Shown: positions 54,654 through 64,000 of the stretch, in pieces | Layout of the letters: each line of letters begins with the position of its first letter | Position numbering within the stretch: the stretch's first letter is position 1 | DNA from: an uncultured Clostridia bacterium | Lineage (GTDB): Bacteria > Bacillota > Clostridia > Oscillospirales > Ruminococcaceae | Assembly: GCA_947625125.1 (NCBI GenBank) | Contig: CANQNF010000007.1 | Span: forward strand, 14,667 to 78,666 | Reading direction: 5' to 3' | DNA length: 64,000 bases | Translations under genes and position numbers: made by a program | The notes under the pieces: model-generated | Databases searched by the model: none | What the model was told of the DNA's origin: nothing | Seen by the model: only the letters and a program-made list of their open reading frames with translations

Positions 54654-55226
54654 ATGGCTGTAAAAAATATACTTATTGTCGGAGTTGGCGGCCAAGGCAC
54701 GCTTTTGGCCTCGAAAATAATGGGCAGGGTCTACCTCGAACAGGGCTTCGACGTCAAGGTCAGCGAGGTACACGGCATGTCTCAGCGCGGCGGCTCGGTC
54801 GTCACATATGTCAGATACGGCGACAAGGTCTGGTCCCCGGTCATAGATAAAGGCGAGGCCGATATAATCATTTCCTTTGAGCAGCTCGAGTCTGCAAGAT
54901 GGCTTTCCTATCTCAAGCCCGGAGGAGTTCTTATTTCGAGCACCCAGAAGCTCGACCCGGCTCCGGTGATAATGGGGCAGGCCGAATACCCGAAAGATAT
55001 TTTAGATGAAATATTGTCGCTCGGCATTAAAGTCGTTTCGCTTCCTGCGGACGAGCTTGCCGAGAAAGCGGGAAGCACGAGGTCTGCAAACATAGTCCTT
55101 TTGGGAGCGTCCGCCAAGTCTCAGGACATCCCGAAAGAGGTCTGGCTTGAAGCTATAAAGGCTTCCGTGCCGCCAAAGACCTTAGAAGCGAATCTCAGGG
55201 CGTTCGAGCTCGGTTTCGGCGCATAA
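54654..55226 (+). CDS. iorB: Indolepyruvate:ferredoxin oxidoreductase beta subunit
   Basis: This is Met23 of ORF 54588..55226, 2 nt after the iorA stop. It reads ILIVGVGGQGTLLASK. Confidence 0.85.
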   Translation: MAVKNILIVGVGGQGTLLASKIMGRVYLEQGFDVKVSEVHGMSQRGGSVVTYVRYGDKVWSPVIDKGEADIIISFEQLESARWLSYLKPGGVLISSTQKLDPAPVIMGQAEYPKDILDEILSLGIKVVSLPADELAEKAGSTRSANIVLLGASAKSQDIPKEVWLEAIKASVPPKTLEANLRAFELGFGA

Positions 55227-55251
55227 AAATACATAGGATAGAGGGTTTTCT

Positions 55252-56642
55252 TTGTCGGAAAATAACACCCGTTCCCTCGGAAAATATTTCGTGACCGACG
55301 GGAGCTTTTACAGGCGCGCCATGACGCTGATAATACCTGTCCTGCTTCAGAACCTCATCAACCAGGGCGTGAACATGATGGACACGGTGATGGTCGGAAG
55401 ATTGGGCGAGGTCTCTATATCGGCCTCGTCGCTTGCGAACCAGTACTACGCCATCTACAACATAATGTGCATGGGAATAAGCGCGGCCGGATTGGTCCTT
55501 GCCTCCCAGTATTGGGGCATGAACGAGCCAAGACCGTCCGCAGGACCTTTGACCTGTCGATGCAGATAGTCATCGTCATGGGCTCGGTTTTTGCCGTCGT
55601 CACGGCGCTTTTCCCGGACAAGATCATGTCCTTATATATCCGCGACCCCGACGTTATCGCCGAGGGCGCGAAGTATTTAAAGATTACGGCGCTGATATTC
55701 CTGCCGCACGGTATAAGCCTCGTCATGTCAAACGTCATCCGCGCCGTCGGAAACGCGAGGCTCGGTCTTGTCATATCCTGCCTGTCGTTTGTCGTGAACA
55801 TAGGCTGCAACTACATCTTCATCTTCGGCGTGCCGTTTTTGGGTATTCCGGCGATGGGGGTCACGGGCGCTGCCTTGGGAACGCTTTGCGCAAGGATCGT
55901 GGAGCTTTTGGTCTGCGTAGTTTATATGCTCAGATTTGAAAAGCAGCTCAGATACCGTCTCGGCGGGCTTATAAAGCTTCCTAAGAAAGCTCTTTTCGGG
56001 GAGTTTATCCGCCTCGGGCTGCCCGCTATAATATCCGACACGCTTTTGGGAGTGGCGGCTACCGTCATCTCGATGATACTCGGAAGAATGGGCAAGGAGG
56101 CCGCAAGCGCCTACGCTATAGTCGTGGTCTTAGAGCGGCTCTGCACAGTCGCGACCGGCGGAATTGCGAGCGCGGCGGGAGTTATGATAGGTCAGACCGT
56201 CGGCAGGGGAGAGTACGAGCGCGCCCACAAAGAGGGCAGGTCTTTTCTTGCCATCAGCGTTTTCATAGGAATAGCGGCGTCTGTTCTTGTAAGATTTGCG
56301 GGAGTGTGGTCCATCGGACTCTATGAGATAACCGAGGACACAAGGCTCATCGCGGTCTCGATGATGGACGCGAGCGCTGTAATAGTATTTTTCCAGGCAG
56401 TTCAGAGCGCGCTTTCAAAGGGCATTCTCCGAGGGGGAGGCGACACGAAATTCTTAATGGTCGCGGATGTTATTTTCCAGTGGATAGCGTCCATCCCGTT
56501 GGGAGCGATTCTCGGGCTCGTGCTGAATTGGTCCCCGTTCTGGGTCCTGATAGCGCTGAGGATTGATTATATCATCAAATCCGTCTGGCTCACCATCCGC
56601 CTCGGCGGCACCAAATGGATACACAAGGCAAAGACGGTGTAA
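55252..56642 (+). pseudogene. MATE family efflux transporter, frameshifted (or a sequencing error)
   Basis: ORF 55252..55569 (..VMVGRLGEVSISASSLANQYY..ASQYWG) and ORF 55467..56642 (..ERAKTVRRTFDLSMQIV..) are consecutive parts of one MATE protein. The -1 frame change lies at the GGGG run near 55514-55525. Confidence 0.7.
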
Positions 56643-56761
56643 AAAGTTAAGCGGCAGAAATGCCGTTTTTCATTGCTTAAAAATTAACTTTTTCTTTTTC
56701 CTTGCAATCCTCCCGAAAGTGTGCTACAATACATTTAGCACCTAAAAAGGAGGTCTTTTCC

Positions 56762-57724
56762 TTGCGCGCCCTTAACGATCTTCGCTCTTTAAAGCTCAAA
56801 AACTTCGCCGCCATCACCCTTGCGGGCATAATAAACGCGTTCGGCGTGGTGGTCTTTCTCTCGCCGGTCAGGCTTTACGACAGCGGCGTCTCGGGGACAG
56901 CCATGCTCCTTGACGGCCTTACTCCGCCCGCTTTCGGGCTGCCGCTTTTTCTGATAATACTTAACATCCCGCTGTTTTTGTACGGCTTTAAGCGCCAAGG
57001 CCCTGCTTTTACGATATATTCGGTCTATGCCGTTTTGGTTTATTCCGCTGCAGCGGCCGTCCTCCGAATGACTTATATGCAGGGCTCTCCCGACTTCTCC
57101 CCTATAGCCGGCGGCGATCTTTTGCTGTGCGCGGTCTTCGGGGGCATCATTTCCGGCGCAGGCTCCGGTCTTACCATCCGTTTCGGCGGCGCGATCGACG
57201 GCATAGAAGTCTGCGCAGTCATATTTGCAAAACGCCTCGGCATTTCCGTCGGCTCCTTTGTCATGATCTATAACGTCATTCTTTATATCTTAGGCGGCAT
57301 ATTCACTCAAAGCTGGATACTCCCGCTTTATTCCGTCTTGGCATACATGGCCGCCCTCAAGACCGTCGACTTCATCGTCGAGGGACTCGACCGCTCTAAA
57401 TCCGCAATGATAATAACCGAAATGCCGGACGAACTCTCGGCGGCATTGATGGAGGCGTTCGAGTGCGGTTCCACAAGAATAGCCGCCAGAGGGGGATACA
57501 TGAACACCGACCGCACGGTGATATATTTTGTCGTCAACCGTTTCCAGATAGCAAGGATGAAAAACATCATCCACGCCGTCGACCCCAAGGCATATTTCAC
57601 CATCAGCGAGGTCGCCGAGGTCTTTAAAAGCTCAGGCGCAGGCTCTGCCACGGCCGCGCCCGACCCCTTGGAGATAGAATATAAAGAATCCGCGGAGGAA
57701 AACGATGAAGAAAAAGAATCTTAA
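56762..57724 (+). CDS. YitT family membrane protein (DUF2179 C-terminal domain)
   Basis: A TTG start follows AAAAAGGAGG. LKNFAAITLAGIINAFGVVVFLSPVRLYDSGVSG is typical of YitT. Confidence 0.7.
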   Translation: MRALNDLRSLKLKNFAAITLAGIINAFGVVVFLSPVRLYDSGVSGTAMLLDGLTPPAFGLPLFLIILNIPLFLYGFKRQGPAFTIYSVYAVLVYSAAAAVLRMTYMQGSPDFSPIAGGDLLLCAVFGGIISGAGSGLTIRFGGAIDGIEVCAVIFAKRLGISVGSFVMIYNVILYILGGIFTQSWILPLYSVLAYMAALKTVDFIVEGLDRSKSAMIITEMPDELSAALMEAFECGSTRIAARGGYMNTDRTVIYFVVNRFQIARMKNIIHAVDPKAYFTISEVAEVFKSSGAGSATAAPDPLEIEYKESAEENDEEKES

Positions 57725-58244
57725 GAAAATTTCCCTGATAGGATTTTTGGCATCCTTGGTGCTGTGGATAGCGCTTTCCTACTTTTTAAGAAACGTCTCG
57801 CTGTTCGGATTTTACATCGGCGAAATGCTGTTTATAGTCCTTAGCGGCTTGCCGTTTGCTTTTTTGCAGCTGAGATTATGCCTCACCGACAAAGAAAAAT
57901 GGGTGCGCTGGGTACCTCTTGCGGTCGATATCGCGACATATATTCTGGCAGCCGTTTTGTATCTCACCGGCGGTTTTGAAGCGGAGCTGATGGCGCTTAT
58001 CTTAGTCGTATGGGGCATAGCTCCGTCGACAGGAATCTGCTTAGGCTGGCTTGCCCACGGCAAAAAAATCGCGCTTCTGCCCTTAAATATCATGCTCATA
58101 ATTTATCTTGCTCTTGAAAACATCCCGATAATAGCCCGCCCTATAGAGCTGACGGACATTGCGGCGGCGCTCTATGTTCTTTTGGGAGTGTATCTCTTTA
58201 TAAGGCCGATAGAAAGGGGAAGGGAGAATGAACCCGAAAATTAA
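57705..58244 (+). CDS. Hypothetical polytopic membrane protein
   Basis: A 179-aa protein that overlaps both neighbours. Its N-terminal half is paralogous to 58228..58587. Confidence 0.5.
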   Translation: MKKKNLKKISLIGFLASLVLWIALSYFLRNVSLFGFYIGEMLFIVLSGLPFAFLQLRLCLTDKEKWVRWVPLAVDIATYILAAVLYLTGGFEAELMALILVVWGIAPSTGICLGWLAHGKKIALLPLNIMLIIYLALENIPIIARPIELTDIAAALYVLLGVYLFIRPIERGRENEPEN

Positions 58245-58587
58245 GCCTGTCGTATATTTTTGCATAAGCGCGGCCCTCTGGGCGATACCGTCCTACTATC
58301 TCAGAGGTACGCTTTTCGGCAGTTTCTGCTTTTACATCATAGGCATTATCCCGTCGTTCTTTTTGCAGGCATGCATGTTCCTGCCTCCGATAGAAAAATG
58401 GGTCAGATACGTCCCGATGCCGGGGATATTGCTCTTCGGGGCGGGTGAGATAATATATCTTTTATTCTCGGACAGCCTCTACCCCGAGACTCTAATGGCG
58501 GCGCTTTTGTTTGTAGCGGCGCCCCTCTGCGGCTTTATCTTGGGATGGTTCGCATATTTTTTCAGGACCCGCCCACGCAAAAAATAA
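58228..58587 (+). CDS. Hypothetical membrane protein (tandem paralog)
   Basis: A 119-aa protein. YYLRGTLFGSF...EKWVRYVPMP parallels YFLRNVSLFGF...EKWVRWVPLA. Confidence 0.5.
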   Translation: MNPKIKPVVYFCISAALWAIPSYYLRGTLFGSFCFYIIGIIPSFFLQACMFLPPIEKWVRYVPMPGILLFGAGEIIYLLFSDSLYPETLMAALLFVAAPLCGFILGWFAYFFRTRPRKK

Positions 58588-58605
58588 CTGTAAAACGAGG
58601 AAAAA

Positions 58606-60780
58606 ATGACCGAAAAATTCGTAAGACAAAATTTAAAATACCTAAAGGGCTTCATGACCGAGTCGAGCCTTAGCGCCGCCAGAAAGACCCACGTCTTGCT
58701 CGGCGATTTCATGTCCGCCTCACGCGGCTACGGCATAAGATTCGAGCGCAGAAGCTTTGACGACTTTGAGTGCGAGTGGATAACCCCCGAGGAACAGTCA
58801 AGGCCGGGCGTGATACTCTATCTCCACGGCGGAGGCTACACCTGCGGCAATATCGACTACGCCAAGGGCTTCGGCAGCGCGCTTGCGGCCGAGTTCGGTA
58901 TAAACGTGTTCTGCGCAGCATACCGTTTGGCGCCTGAATTTCCCTTTCCCGCGGCCGTCGACGACGCAGAGCGCGCCTACGATTATCTTTTGGAAAGCGG
59001 CTACATGCCCGAGAAGATAATCCTTTGCGGAGAAAGCGCCGGCGGCGGGCTGTGCTACGCCCTCAGCCTGAGACTTTTTGAGAAAAATAAGCCCCAGCCC
59101 GCGGGCATCGTCGCCATCTCCCCCTGGACCGACCTCACGCTCTCTCTTAAGTCCCACCGTGAAAACAACGAAATAGACCCGTCTATGACGACCGAGCGGG
59201 TAAAATTCTTCGCCGACTGCTACGCTGCACCCGATGAAAGGGAAAACCCGCAGGTCTCTCCTATATTTTTTGACGGTAAAAAAGCTGCCTTTCCTCCGTC
59301 TTTGATATTTGCAGGCGGAGACGAAGTCTTACTTGACGACTCCAAGGTCATGCACAAGCGCCTCACCGAGTCGGGCTTTAAGTCCGAGCTGATAATACGT
59401 CCGACCCTCTGGCACGCCTACGTCCTTTACAATTTAAAGGAATATCGCGCCGACTATGAAAAAATCGGCAGATTTTTGGACAAGCGCCTTGACGACGAGG
59501 CCAAGGTCTGGTCGAGGCTTGACAACGCCGGGCTGATTTTTCCTGCCGCAAAGCGCCGAGGCTGGTATAACGTTTTCAGGCTCTCTGCGGACCTGACCGA
59601 GCCCATTGACCGCGACGTCATGCAGTCCGCCTTGGACGTGACTGTAAAGCGCTTCCCGCTCATAGGTTCAAGACTTCGGGCCGGGTTTTTCTGGTATTAT
59701 CTTGAGCAGACCGAGGCCCCCGAGATCGTCCGCGACGGCTGCTGTCCGATAATGAAGCGTCGTTTCGGCGAAGTCAGAAAGTGCGCCATACGCGTTCTGT
59801 ATTACAAAAACAGGATAGCCGTCGAGTTTTTCCATGCAGTTACCGACGGCAACGGCGGGCTTATCTTTTTAAAGACCCTCATCGCCGAATATCTGAGTGA
59901 AAAGTACGGCGAGACCGTCCCGAACACCTGCGGAATAGCCGACCGTCTCGCAAGCCCCACTCCCGAAGAGCTCGAGGACAGCTTTTCGGAGTATGCGGGA
60001 CGCGTCGCCGCAAAGAGGGAGTCCGGCAAGGCATATCGCTTGACAGGCGTAAAAGAAAAGGACGGATTTTTAAATCTGACATGCGGAATAATCCCCGCAA
60101 ACGCCTTTGCAGAGCACTGCCGCAGCCTTGGCGTTACCGTCACGGCGTACTTAAGTTCGGTCATGATCTACACCCTCATAGGCTTGCAGAAGCGTAAAGT
60201 CCGTGACCTTGACAAGCGCAGGCCCGTAAAGGTGCAGGTCCCCGTGAATCTGAGGAAGCTTTTCCCGAGCAGGACTATGCGAAACTTCGTCATGGTGGTG
60301 AACGTAGGCGTCGACCCGAGGATGGGGGACTACAGCTTCGAGGAAATCCTCGATACCGTCTCCCGCCAGCTGAAGCTTTATGTCACTCCGAAAAATATGC
60401 AGGCTATATTTACCGCCAACGTCAATTCCGAGAGGATTTTCCTTATTAAACTCGTGCCGCTGTTTATAAAAAATTTCGTCATGAAGACTGTTTTTGACAG
60501 AGTAGGGGAGGCCCAGGGCTGCATAACCATATCCAACCTCGGCCGAATAGAGCTTCCCGAGGAGGCCGCAAGGCACGTAGAAGCCTTTGATTTCATTCTC
60601 GGCCCGCAGGCCAGGTCTCCGCACAACTGCGCCGTCTGCACCTACAATGACGAGCTCAGGATAAACTTCATACGCCGTTCCGAGAGCCCCGAGCTTGAGC
60701 GGGAATTTTTCCGAAATCTTGTACGCCTCGGGCATCATGTTTCAATAGAATCCAACTTAAGAGAGCATCAAGAAAGGTAG
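58606..60780 (+). CDS. Fusion protein: HSL-type esterase/lipase domain plus a condensation/alcohol-acyltransferase-like (HxxxD) domain
   Basis: The N-terminal domain has LHGGGY (oxyanion hole), GESAGG (GxSxG) and a C-terminal WHAY. The C-terminal ~420 aa has FFHAVTDGNGG (HxxxDG). Confidence 0.7.
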   Translation: MTEKFVRQNLKYLKGFMTESSLSAARKTHVLLGDFMSASRGYGIRFERRSFDDFECEWITPEEQSRPGVILYLHGGGYTCGNIDYAKGFGSALAAEFGINVFCAAYRLAPEFPFPAAVDDAERAYDYLLESGYMPEKIILCGESAGGGLCYALSLRLFEKNKPQPAGIVAISPWTDLTLSLKSHRENNEIDPSMTTERVKFFADCYAAPDERENPQVSPIFFDGKKAAFPPSLIFAGGDEVLLDDSKVMHKRLTESGFKSELIIRPTLWHAYVLYNLKEYRADYEKIGRFLDKRLDDEAKVWSRLDNAGLIFPAAKRRGWYNVFRLSADLTEPIDRDVMQSALDVTVKRFPLIGSRLRAGFFWYYLEQTEAPEIVRDGCCPIMKRRFGEVRKCAIRVLYYKNRIAVEFFHAVTDGNGGLIFLKTLIAEYLSEKYGETVPNTCGIADRLASPTPEELEDSFSEYAGRVAAKRESGKAYRLTGVKEKDGFLNLTCGIIPANAFAEHCRSLGVTVTAYLSSVMIYTLIGLQKRKVRDLDKRRPVKVQVPVNLRKLFPSRTMRNFVMVVNVGVDPRMGDYSFEEILDTVSRQLKLYVTPKNMQAIFTANVNSERIFLIKLVPLFIKNFVMKTVFDRVGEAQGCITISNLGRIELPEEAARHVEAFDFILGPQARSPHNCAVCTYNDELRINFIRRSESPELEREFFRNLVRLGHHVSIESNLREHQER

Positions 60781-60787
60781 TGAGCAA

Positions 60788-61480
60788 GTGTACTGTGTAA
60801 ACTGCGGAGTCGAGCTTAAGGACTCCGAAAAGGTCTGCCCCCTTTGCGGGACAAGGGTCTTTCACCCGGACATCCCGTCGCCGGCAGGGGAGCCGAAATA
60901 CCCCGATTCGCCCATCCCGGTCCGCCGCTTCAACCGTTTCGGAGCGCTGTTTATAGTGACGTTCATCTTCCTGATACCGCTTTTCATATGTCTGCTTATA
61001 GACCTGCGGATAAACGGCAGGATACTTTGGTCAGGCTATGTGACAGGCGGTCTGATGCTCGGCTACGCGTTCTTTGTGCTGCCGTTTTGGTTCAGGCGTC
61101 CCAACCCGGTCATATTCGTGCCGATAGACTTCGCGCTGACGATTTTATTCCTTTTATACATTTGTCTTGCGACAGGCGGCCGCTGGTTCCTGCCTTTGGC
61201 ATTCCCGATAACCGGCATTGCGGGACTTCTGGTCACGGCCGTGACAGCCCTCTGCCGATACCTCAAAAAGGGCAGGCTCTTTATTTTCGGCGGAGCGTTC
61301 ATAGCCCTCGGCGGCTACAGCATGCTCCTTGAGATGTTCATAACCATCACCGCGCACACAAGATTCGTCTTTTGGTCGGTCTACCCACTGACGGCCTGCG
61401 TGCTGGTCGGATTGCTACTTATAGCCATCGGTATCTGCAAGCCGGTGCGAAAATCACTCGACAAGCGCTTCTTCATCTGA
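60788..61480 (+). CDS. Zinc-ribbon membrane protein (DUF6320-like)
   Basis: A GTG start. The N-terminus CVNCGVELKDSEKVCPLCG is followed by 5-6 TM helices. Confidence 0.6.
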   Translation: MYCVNCGVELKDSEKVCPLCGTRVFHPDIPSPAGEPKYPDSPIPVRRFNRFGALFIVTFIFLIPLFICLLIDLRINGRILWSGYVTGGLMLGYAFFVLPFWFRRPNPVIFVPIDFALTILFLLYICLATGGRWFLPLAFPITGIAGLLVTAVTALCRYLKKGRLFIFGGAFIALGGYSMLLEMFITITAHTRFVFWSVYPLTACVLVGLLLIAIGICKPVRKSLDKRFFI

Positions 61481-62139
61481 AATGTCAAATTGCACAAAAA
61501 TCAGCCTGTAAAGTTATACTGCTTTACAGGCATTTTCTTTTTTCATCGCCCTCTCGCAAACGCCTGTTTTACGGCATATCATGATACAAAGCCCCATATT
61601 TTTTAATGTAATTTTCTTGTATTTTTGTCATCATCCACGCCCACAAACGCCTTAGATAAGGGCTTTTGCAGAGATGAACGTCCCGTAATGGCGCATGCCT
61701 TTACACTAAATTCCGAACGGCCACGCCTCTCTCGCAAATTTTGCATTTTCTGTCCCCAATTTCCCGGGAAATTTACTGCCATAAAATTACAAATTCACAT
61801 TATTTAATACGATTTCGCAGTTTAAATCACGACTGTAAAGTATTTTCACCTTACGAATTTCAGTAAAATTCATCCAATTTATGCGTTTTCAGACGTTCAA
61901 ATTGTCAAATCCATCGGTTGAAAAATTCTTAATTTTCTTAAGATTTTCCGATAAAATTCTCCCGCCTAAATTTTTCAATCTATATATTGTATCAAATTAG
62001 AAATTCATGTCTATATATAGTACCGTTTATGCAAATTGCATATGGAAGAAAACAACATTAAAATTGCACAAAAGATTCAATCAAATTTATTTATTTTAAC
62101 GAATTTTGACATTTTTGCCTTTTAGGCCGCGAAAGTCTA

Positions 62140-62167
62140 TTGACATTCCGGGCTGAAATGTTATAAT
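62140..62167 (+). promoter_or_regulatory. Strong sigma-A promoter (extended -10) upstream of the adhesin-like gene
   Basis: TTGACA (62140-62145), a 16-nt spacer, then TGtTATAAT (-10 at 62162-62167). It lies about 90 nt upstream of ATG 62257. Confidence 0.55.
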
Positions 62168-62256
62168 ATGTATGTCTAAATTTATACGAATATGTATAAA
62201 TTGCTTAATCTAATTAACTAATTTTCTCGCAATTCATGTGCTAAGGAGGAAAACTT

Positions 62257-64000
62257 ATGAAACGATTCAGAAGAGTTTTATCGGTTGCGGTAACGCTTAT
62301 ACTTATCGTAACGCTCTTCAGCGACAGCCTGTCCGCTGCCTTTATCAGCGCGGGCCCGGGCGCCGCAGACCCCGTAAACGACGGTATAGTCGGCACTGTT
62401 GAGGGTGATGACCTCGACTCTGCGGACCCTGCCGGGGACAACTCTGCGCAAACGCCCCCTGAACAGACAGGGGATCCGTCCGCAGACCCGTCGGTCGATC
62501 CCACCGTCGACCCGAATGTAGTCCCGTCGGCTGATTCGAATGTGGACCCGAACTCCGGTCTTCCCAACGAGATCTTGGGAGACCCTGTAGACGAGTCCCT
62601 CGGCGGAGAGTATGGGATCAATCTGATGTCCTCCAATGGGGAAAGCTATAATGGCGAGCAAACCACTTTACCTCAGCCGTCTGTTTCGCTTAATTTAAAC
62701 CGTTCTCCTTTCCCGTCACAGTCTGATAGGCCGGACTTATATGATAGTAACGGTAATATTAAGCTCGATCAACTTAATTCTTCCGATTTGTTATCATATT
62801 TGTTCAGTTGGTCTTTTGACCCTGCTGAGCAACTTGCCAATAAGTATGCCACCTTTGATTTTAATGCTAATTTTTTAGATGATGTTGATCTTTCAAAGCT
62901 TAGCGGTGATCTTGTTGATGGTGGTGTAACGAAGGGCAAATTCCGTATTGAGTCTTTGGGCGGCAATAATTATCGTCTCGTTATGGAGTTTGACTCTAAT
63001 GCTAATAACGTTACCGGGCTCTCCGTTGAGTTAAACTCTACCCTCAAGGGCGACCCGACCAACGTCAACGACGGTGATACTTTTGATGAGAATTTTTTCA
63101 ACAAGCACTTCGGCTTCTCCTACAGCAACGACACCAGCGAGTTGACTGTCACCAAGAGTAGGACTGGCTATTCCGGCGTTTCTGTTACTAAGGACTCCTC
63201 CGGTGGCTATATTTTCCATCAGCCCTACACTATCACTGCTACCGTCAAGGGCAAGGCATATGACTTTACATTTACCGATATCTTGTCCGGACTTGAAAAT
63301 CTTCCTGAAGGCGCATCTACTGATATTCATAATTTTTCCGTTTCATATTCTAATCCTACCGGCCAAAAAGATCCAACCGTTGAATCTAAAGTTGAAGAAT
63401 TAAATTCTAAAGGAACCGGTACTCTTTCTCCTAATGATCTTAATAACGTCACTTTCAACGGCCGTCTCTACAACGGCGACGTCCTTACATTTACGTATTG
63501 CGTAGATTTCCATATGACTGACGAGCAAGCTCTTGAGTACTTCAACGGCACCAAGAAGTTTGATGAAATAACCAACTCTGTAAACTGGTCTTATAAGGCC
63601 GACGCTTCGGCGGAACCCATCCCCGGCACTTCCGGCGGCGACGACAGCACTAAGCCGAATTTCTCCGGCTTCAGCGTGTCTAAGAGCGGCGCAAACCCCG
63701 TTGAAGTTGGCGATTCTTGGATCATCGACTGGACCGTTACAATAAATCTCGGTTCTATCACTAACGACTGGAGTAATCTTGCGACTCTTCTTGGCGTCTC
63801 ATCTTTTGATGAAGCCCTTGCCAAGCTTGGTTTAAATAACTTTACCGATGTCTATGGAGAAGCCGTTACGCTTTATCCCGAGGGTACTACTTTAGAGAAT
63901 ATTTTTGACCTTAATGGTAGTTTTGTCTCTAAAAACGGCAATCAGATCACATTTAAGTATCAGACCAAAATCAAAGACGACCATCTTTCCGACTCTGAAT
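62257..64000 (+). CDS. Large secreted surface/adhesin-like protein, 5' part (open to the window end)
   Basis: My translation starts at ATG 62257, after AAGGAGG. MKRFRRVLSVAVTLILIVTLFSDSLSAAF is a signal peptide. An Asp/Pro-rich linker (DPSADPSVDPTVDPNVVPSADSNVDPN) follows, then beta-rich Asn/Thr/Ser-rich domains. I saw no stop through 64000. It is absent from the ORF track because there is no stop. Confidence 0.7.
   Translation, partial: MKRFRRVLSVAVTLILIVTLFSDSLSAAFISAGPGAADPVNDGIVGTVEGDDLDSADPAGDNSAQTPPEQTGDPSADPSVDPTVDPNVVPSADSNVDPNSGLPNEILGDPVDESLGGEYGINLMSSNGESYNGEQTTLPQPSVSLNLNRSPFPSQSDRPDLYDSNGNIKLDQLNSSDLLSYLFSWSFDPAEQLANKYATFDFNANFLDDVDLSKLSGDLVDGGVTKGKFRIESLGGNNYRLVMEFDSNANNVTGLSVELNSTLKGDPTNVNDGDTFDENFFNKHFGFSYSNDTSELTVTKSRTGYSGVSVTKDSSGGYIFHQPYTITATVKGKAYDFTFTDILSGLENLPEGASTDIHNFSVSYSNPTGQKDPTVESKVEELNSKGTGTLSPNDLNNVTFNGRLYNGDVLTFTYCVDFHMTDEQALEYFNGTKKFDEITNSVNWSYKADASAEPIPGTSGGDDSTKPNFSGFSVSKSGANPVEVGDSWIIDWTVTINLGSITNDWSNLATLLGVSSFDEALAKLGLNNFTDVYGEAVTLYPEGTTLENIFDLNGSFVSKNGNQITFKYQTKIKDDHLSDSE

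Overview
Chromosomal window from a moderately GC-rich Gram-positive anaerobe. The gene content looks Clostridia/Oscillospiraceae-like; this is judged by eye, and no GC or database computation was run.

Layout:
- (i) 1-6.3 kb: tsaE, a dCMP deaminase, a TetR gene, and a MerR-controlled operon encoding two ABC exporters.
- (ii) 6.3-24.2 kb: an accessory mosaic of mobile-element debris. It holds a relaxase stub, two or three large-serine-recombinase fragments, TnpV and a ParM stub. It also has an unusual density of inactivated genes (in-frame TGA, in-frame TAG, frameshift, internal deletions). Intact cargo is interspersed: TetR regulators, aldo/keto reductase, DUF362, amidohydrolase, an alpha/beta hydrolase, a cytidine-deaminase-like protein, a sigma/anti-sigma pair, and an XRE-Zn-ribbon plus alpha/alpha-toroid pair.
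- (iii) 24.2-61.5 kb: housekeeping genes. These are the metY-cysK-rrf2 operon, queA, asd-dapA-dapB, tRNA-Ser(GGA), a K+ channel, GH31, GH94, ABC-F, an M16 peptidase, a second sigma/anti-sigma pair, yebC, iorAB, a frameshifted MATE pump, YitT, and an esterase-acyltransferase fusion cluster.
- (iv) 61.5-64 kb: an AT-rich ORF-free region, then the 5' part of a large secreted adhesin-like gene that runs off the window.

I found no CRISPR array, rRNA, reverse transcriptase or recognisable defence operon.

The most unusual signal is non-coding. It is a family of GC-rich intergenic structured repeats that I cannot assign to a named family. Three copies form a perfect four-way-junction module, with a conserved closing stem and variable but always-paired inner hairpins. 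Four copies form a composite hairpin / 5x7-bp iteron / hairpin element.

All functional calls come from motif recognition in the supplied translations. None was verified by search.
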